Shown: positions 60,581-64,000 of the stretch, piece after piece
Position numbering within the stretch: position 1 is the first letter of the stretch
Layout: every line of letters begins with the position of its first letter
Assembly: GCA_041671225.1 (NCBI GenBank)
Contig: JBAZBY010000001.1
Coordinates: 238,940 to 302,939 of the forward strand
Length of the DNA stretch: 64,000 bases
From: Patescibacteria group bacterium
Lineage (GTDB): Bacteria; Patescibacteriota; Patescibacteriia; JBAZBY01
Direction of reading: 5' to 3'
Position numbers and translations under genes: made by a program
The notes under the pieces: model-generated
What the model saw: only the letters and a program-made list of their open reading frames with translations
Told to the model about the DNA's origin: nothing
The model's database searches: none

Positions 60581-61762
60581 CTACTGTATTCGCGCGAAGT
60601 GCCGTTTGCCAACCTGAAGCACATCACCTTTTTTTAGGGTAATCTTTTTCTTCCAATCTTTTATTGCTTTATCGCCCACTTTTACCGCGCCTTGTTCAAC
60701 TAGACGCTGTGCTTCGCTTTTTGATTTGGCAAACCCTGCGGTGACTATAAGATCGCGCACATCCATGGACTTCTTTGTTTTTATTTCACTCATCTCTGCG
60801 GGCTGTCCTTTTTTTGTAAACACGCGCTCAAAATGTTCTGCCGCTGCCTTTGCATTCTTCTCGTGGTGGTATGTTTTCACAATTTCATAGGCAAGCGCCG
60901 CTTTTGCGTTGCGTGGGTTGCCGCCTTTCTTGAGATCCGAGGCAATTTCGTCAATTTCTTTTTTTGTCTTGCGCGTCACGAGCGTGAAATATGTCAAAAT
61001 CTGCTCATCGGCTATGGACATGACTTTTCCATACATATCCTCCGGCGCATCGTCAAAACCAATGTGGTTACCAAGACTTTGACTCATTTTACGTACGCCG
61101 TCTGTGCCCACAAGAAGCGGCATGATCATGAGATCTTGCGGCGCTTGTCTTTCCTGCTGCTGCAACTCGCGCCCCATAAGCTCATTAAATGTCTGGTCGC
61201 TCCCAATAACCGTCGCGTCGCTCTTGAGTTCAACAGAATCCCATCCTTGTAGAAGGGGATAGGCTAATTCATGAAGGCGCACTTCCTTGCCTTCTTTTAT
61301 ACGCTCTTGAAACATATCGCGCTCCATCATGCGCGAGGTTGTGGTGCGGCTCATGAGCTGCAAGAGGTCCTCTGCGCGCATCGTGTCATACCACTCACCA
61401 TTCTCGCGCAACTCAACAAGCGAGGTGTCCAGAATCTTCCCAAGTTGGCGTTTATATGAAACGGCAGCTTCAAGCACCTCGTGTTTTGAACGCATCGCGC
61501 GCGTTTCGCTCTTATCAGTAGGATCGCCAAACCGCCCGGTAAAACTCCCGATGAGAAAAACGATCGTATGCCCCATCTCCTGAAGGATGCGAAGCTTTTC
61601 ATACACCACTGCATAACCAAGATGCAGGTCTTGTGTTGTGGGGTCCACTCCATGCTTAATACGGAGCTTCTTCTTGCCTTTTAGCTTCGCTTCAAACTTT
61701 GCGCGCACAATGACATCTTGGACGCCGAGGAAAAGTCGTTCAAATGCTGAGTCGTTTTTCAT
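60581..61762 (-). CDS. tyrS: Tyrosine-tRNA ligase
   Basis: GVDPT...HLGY, GDPT, YPLLQGWDS, GSDQ, KMSQS, C-terminal S4 domain. Confidence 0.95.
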   Translation of the reverse strand: MKNDSAFERLFLGVQDVIVRAKFEAKLKGKKKLRIKHGVDPTTQDLHLGYAVVYEKLRILQEMGHTIVFLIGSFTGRFGDPTDKSETRAMRSKHEVLEAAVSYKRQLGKILDTSLVELRENGEWYDTMRAEDLLQLMSRTTTSRMMERDMFQERIKEGKEVRLHELAYPLLQGWDSVELKSDATVIGSDQTFNELMGRELQQQERQAPQDLMIMPLLVGTDGVRKMSQSLGNHIGFDDAPEDMYGKVMSIADEQILTYFTLVTRKTKKEIDEIASDLKKGGNPRNAKAALAYEIVKTYHHEKNAKAAAEHFERVFTKKGQPAEMSEIKTKKSMDVRDLIVTAGFAKSKSEAQRLVEQGAVKVGDKAIKDWKKKITLKKGDVLQVGKRHFARIQ

Positions 61763-61857
61763 CGCTATTTCTCTGGTAAATTCGCTTGTCCACCGAAGTC
61801 CAAAGGTCGAAGGTGGGATTGAAAATATACCATACTTTCAGTACACTTGAAACAAAT

Positions 61858-62775
61858 ATGGCACAAAAGCATTATGTTATTGGCGTGGATGTCGGCGGCA
61901 CGAAGATTGCCGCCGGTGTTGTATCGCCAACAGGAAAGATTCTCTATTCTGTGCGCGTGGCAACGGAACAACGACGCTCCGCAAAGCGCGTGCGCGACAA
62001 TATCTTTGAAGCAATAGCATCGTGTGTTGAGGAATATAAACCCTCAGCGATTGGCATAGGTATTACTGGTCCTGTGAATGCTTCACAAGGTGTTTCTCTC
62101 TTTAGCCCAAACCTTCCAGGCGACTGGAAGAATATCCCCCTTGGCACATTAATACACAAACGCTTCCATGTTCCGACATTTATTGATAACGATGCTAATG
62201 CCATTGGCCTTGCAGAGATGCTCTGGGGAAAGGCACGACACATGCCGAGCGCGTTGATGATCACTTTGGGGACGGGTATCGGGGGAGTCTATCTTCTTAA
62301 TGATTGTATTGTGCATGGAAAAACTGGCGGGGGGTCTGAGTTGGGACACATAACAATTAGCCAACAAAAAATACGTTGCAGTTGTGGGCAGTATGGCCAT
62401 TTTGAATCTTTTGTTTCTGGCCCCGCACTTATTCGTTATTACCAACAACGAACGGGTAAAAAGGGAACGACGTATGATATTGTCGCAGAAGCGCGTCGTG
62501 GAAAGCGAGATGCGCGCGCTGCCATCGAGGAGATGCGCACCTATCTTGGTATTGGTCTTGCGAGTCTTATGCATGCGTTTAGCCCGCACATTATTGTACT
62601 TGGTGGTGGGTTAGCAAACATTCCTTTTCTTACGCGCGATCTTCAAGGTCTTGTACGCCCCCACCTTATGTCATCAATTGCTTTTGGGAAGATTAAAATC
62701 GTAAAATCTTCCATTCAACATACTGCAGGAATTCTTGGAGGCGCTGCCTTGACAATGAATACAAAAACCCCATAA
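61858..62775 (+). CDS. ROK-family sugar kinase (glucokinase-like)
   Basis: GVDVGGTKI, DNDAN, TLGTGIGG, ELGH, CSCG. Confidence 0.92.
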   Translation: MAQKHYVIGVDVGGTKIAAGVVSPTGKILYSVRVATEQRRSAKRVRDNIFEAIASCVEEYKPSAIGIGITGPVNASQGVSLFSPNLPGDWKNIPLGTLIHKRFHVPTFIDNDANAIGLAEMLWGKARHMPSALMITLGTGIGGVYLLNDCIVHGKTGGGSELGHITISQQKIRCSCGQYGHFESFVSGPALIRYYQQRTGKKGTTYDIVAEARRGKRDARAAIEEMRTYLGIGLASLMHAFSPHIIVLGGGLANIPFLTRDLQGLVRPHLMSSIAFGKIKIVKSSIQHTAGILGGAALTMNTKTP

Positions 62776-62791
62776 TAGGGTCTCTCTTGCC

Positions 62792-64000
62792 ATGCCTATA
62801 CCTCAATTACGACCAACAAAGAAGCACTTCCAGCGTGGCTGGCGCGATCCCAATACACGTGGGACGCGGCCACCCTCCCGTTTTATCCCAAAGCGCGTTC
62901 GCTCTTTGTGGAATAAGTTCTTCTCCCGCAAGGGATGGAAATCATATATCCTCCCCGGCATGCTTGCCCTGGCGGTGTTGTTTGGTTTCTTTTTGATTGG
63001 TGCATACGCGTGGATCGGGCGCGAACTCCCTGACCCTGATCGTATCGCTGATCGCGATGTTGCCGAATCAACAAAGATCTATGCACGGGATGAAAAGACC
63101 TTACTCTACGAAATCCATGGCGAAGAAAAACGCACGATTATTTCGCTTGATGAAATCACCTCGGATATGCGCTGGGCCACCATTGCAATCGAGGATCAAG
63201 ATTTTTATCAACATGGTGGTTTTGATGTGAATGGTCTTATCCGCTCGGTTTTCAAAAATATATTCACAGGATCAAGGGTGGGGGGCTCGACCATCACTCA
63301 ACAATTAGTGAAAAACGCTATTCTTTCCCCGGAAAAAACCTACACGCGTAAGTTTAAAGAGCTCATTCTCTCGTTTCAAATTGAGCGCCGCTTCTCTAAG
63401 GATGAAATATTACAACTGTACTTCAACGAAATCCCCTACGGCGCAAACGCATACGGCGTTGAAGCCGCTGCACTCACATATTTTGGTATCTCCGCAAAAG
63501 ACCTCACGCTTGCCCAATCGGCAATACTCGCTGCTCTTCCGCAGGCACCATCATATTATTCTCCTTTTGGCAACAACACTGATGCGCTTCTTGGGCGCGC
63601 ACATCACATTATTGATCGCATGCTTGAGGAAGGGTTTATCAGTGACGAAAACGCCATCAAAGCAAAAGAGGAGGATGTGCTTGCACAAATTGAACCAAGA
63701 AAGGATACCATCCGCGCCCCTCATTTTGTTATTTGGGTGCGTGAGAAACTCGCGGAAGAATATGGTGATGCAGTCTTGGAGCGGGGCGGTCTGCGCGTGA
63801 CAACAACGCTTGACGCAAGGATGCAAGAAGCAATGGAAAGTGCTGTTGCAGAATATGCAGAACGAAACGCAACAAACTACAATGCAAACAATGCCGCTGC
63901 GGTCGGAATCGATCCACGGACTGGCCAAGTGCTCGCAATGGTCGGCTCCAAAGATTATTTTGATACTGAAAATGATGGCAATGTTAATGTCGCGCTGCGA
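62792..64000 (+). CDS. Class A penicillin-binding protein (PBP1A-like), runs off the window end
   Basis: Translated by hand: MPIPQL..., a TM segment, and transglycosylase motifs EDQDFYQHGG, GGSTITQQLVKN, RKFKE. Missing from the ORF track because there is no stop in the window. Confidence 0.92.
   Translation, partial: MPIPQLRPTKKHFQRGWRDPNTRGTRPPSRFIPKRVRSLWNKFFSRKGWKSYILPGMLALAVLFGFFLIGAYAWIGRELPDPDRIADRDVAESTKIYARDEKTLLYEIHGEEKRTIISLDEITSDMRWATIAIEDQDFYQHGGFDVNGLIRSVFKNIFTGSRVGGSTITQQLVKNAILSPEKTYTRKFKELILSFQIERRFSKDEILQLYFNEIPYGANAYGVEAAALTYFGISAKDLTLAQSAILAALPQAPSYYSPFGNNTDALLGRAHHIIDRMLEEGFISDENAIKAKEEDVLAQIEPRKDTIRAPHFVIWVREKLAEEYGDAVLERGGLRVTTTLDARMQEAMESAVAEYAERNATNYNANNAAAVGIDPRTGQVLAMVGSKDYFDTENDGNVNVALR

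Overview
A 64 kb chromosomal stretch from a bacterium that is most likely Patescibacteria/CPR (Parcubacteria-like). This is inferred from VirB2-like CPR pilins, an intron-containing 23S rRNA gene with no 16S beside it, a TrmB regulator and GT-C membrane glycosyltransferases. Contents in order: queuosine-precursor transporter, tRNA-Leu(TAG), cdd, PHP protein, ABC-2 exporter, proC, a stand-alone 23S-5S rRNA unit with a 301-nt group I intron at L2500, several small ORFans, an HldE-like kinase, two Gmk-fold kinases around an IMPase, amino-sugar genes (kbl, glmS, GlmU-like, phosphohexomutase), EndoQ, tRNA-Ser(CGA) followed by nucleotide-housekeeping genes, galU, four pilins next to a GT-C glycosylation cluster, yebC-ruvC, an alpha-glucan locus (2 glgA, 2 GH57, kinase, GalT-like), a pyrBIDKCEF-CYTH-argF operon, tyrS, a ROK kinase and a partial class A PBP. 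The most notable observations are: (1) short leader ORFs coupled to terminator/antiterminator hairpins upstream of the 23S-5S unit, proC and pyrB, with the rRNA one suggesting translation-sensing attenuation of large-subunit rRNA synthesis; (2) the 23S intron ends in A rather than the near-universal G; (3) both Gmk-fold kinases have lost the guanine-recognition residues. All structure calls were made by eye and no folding program or database search was run.
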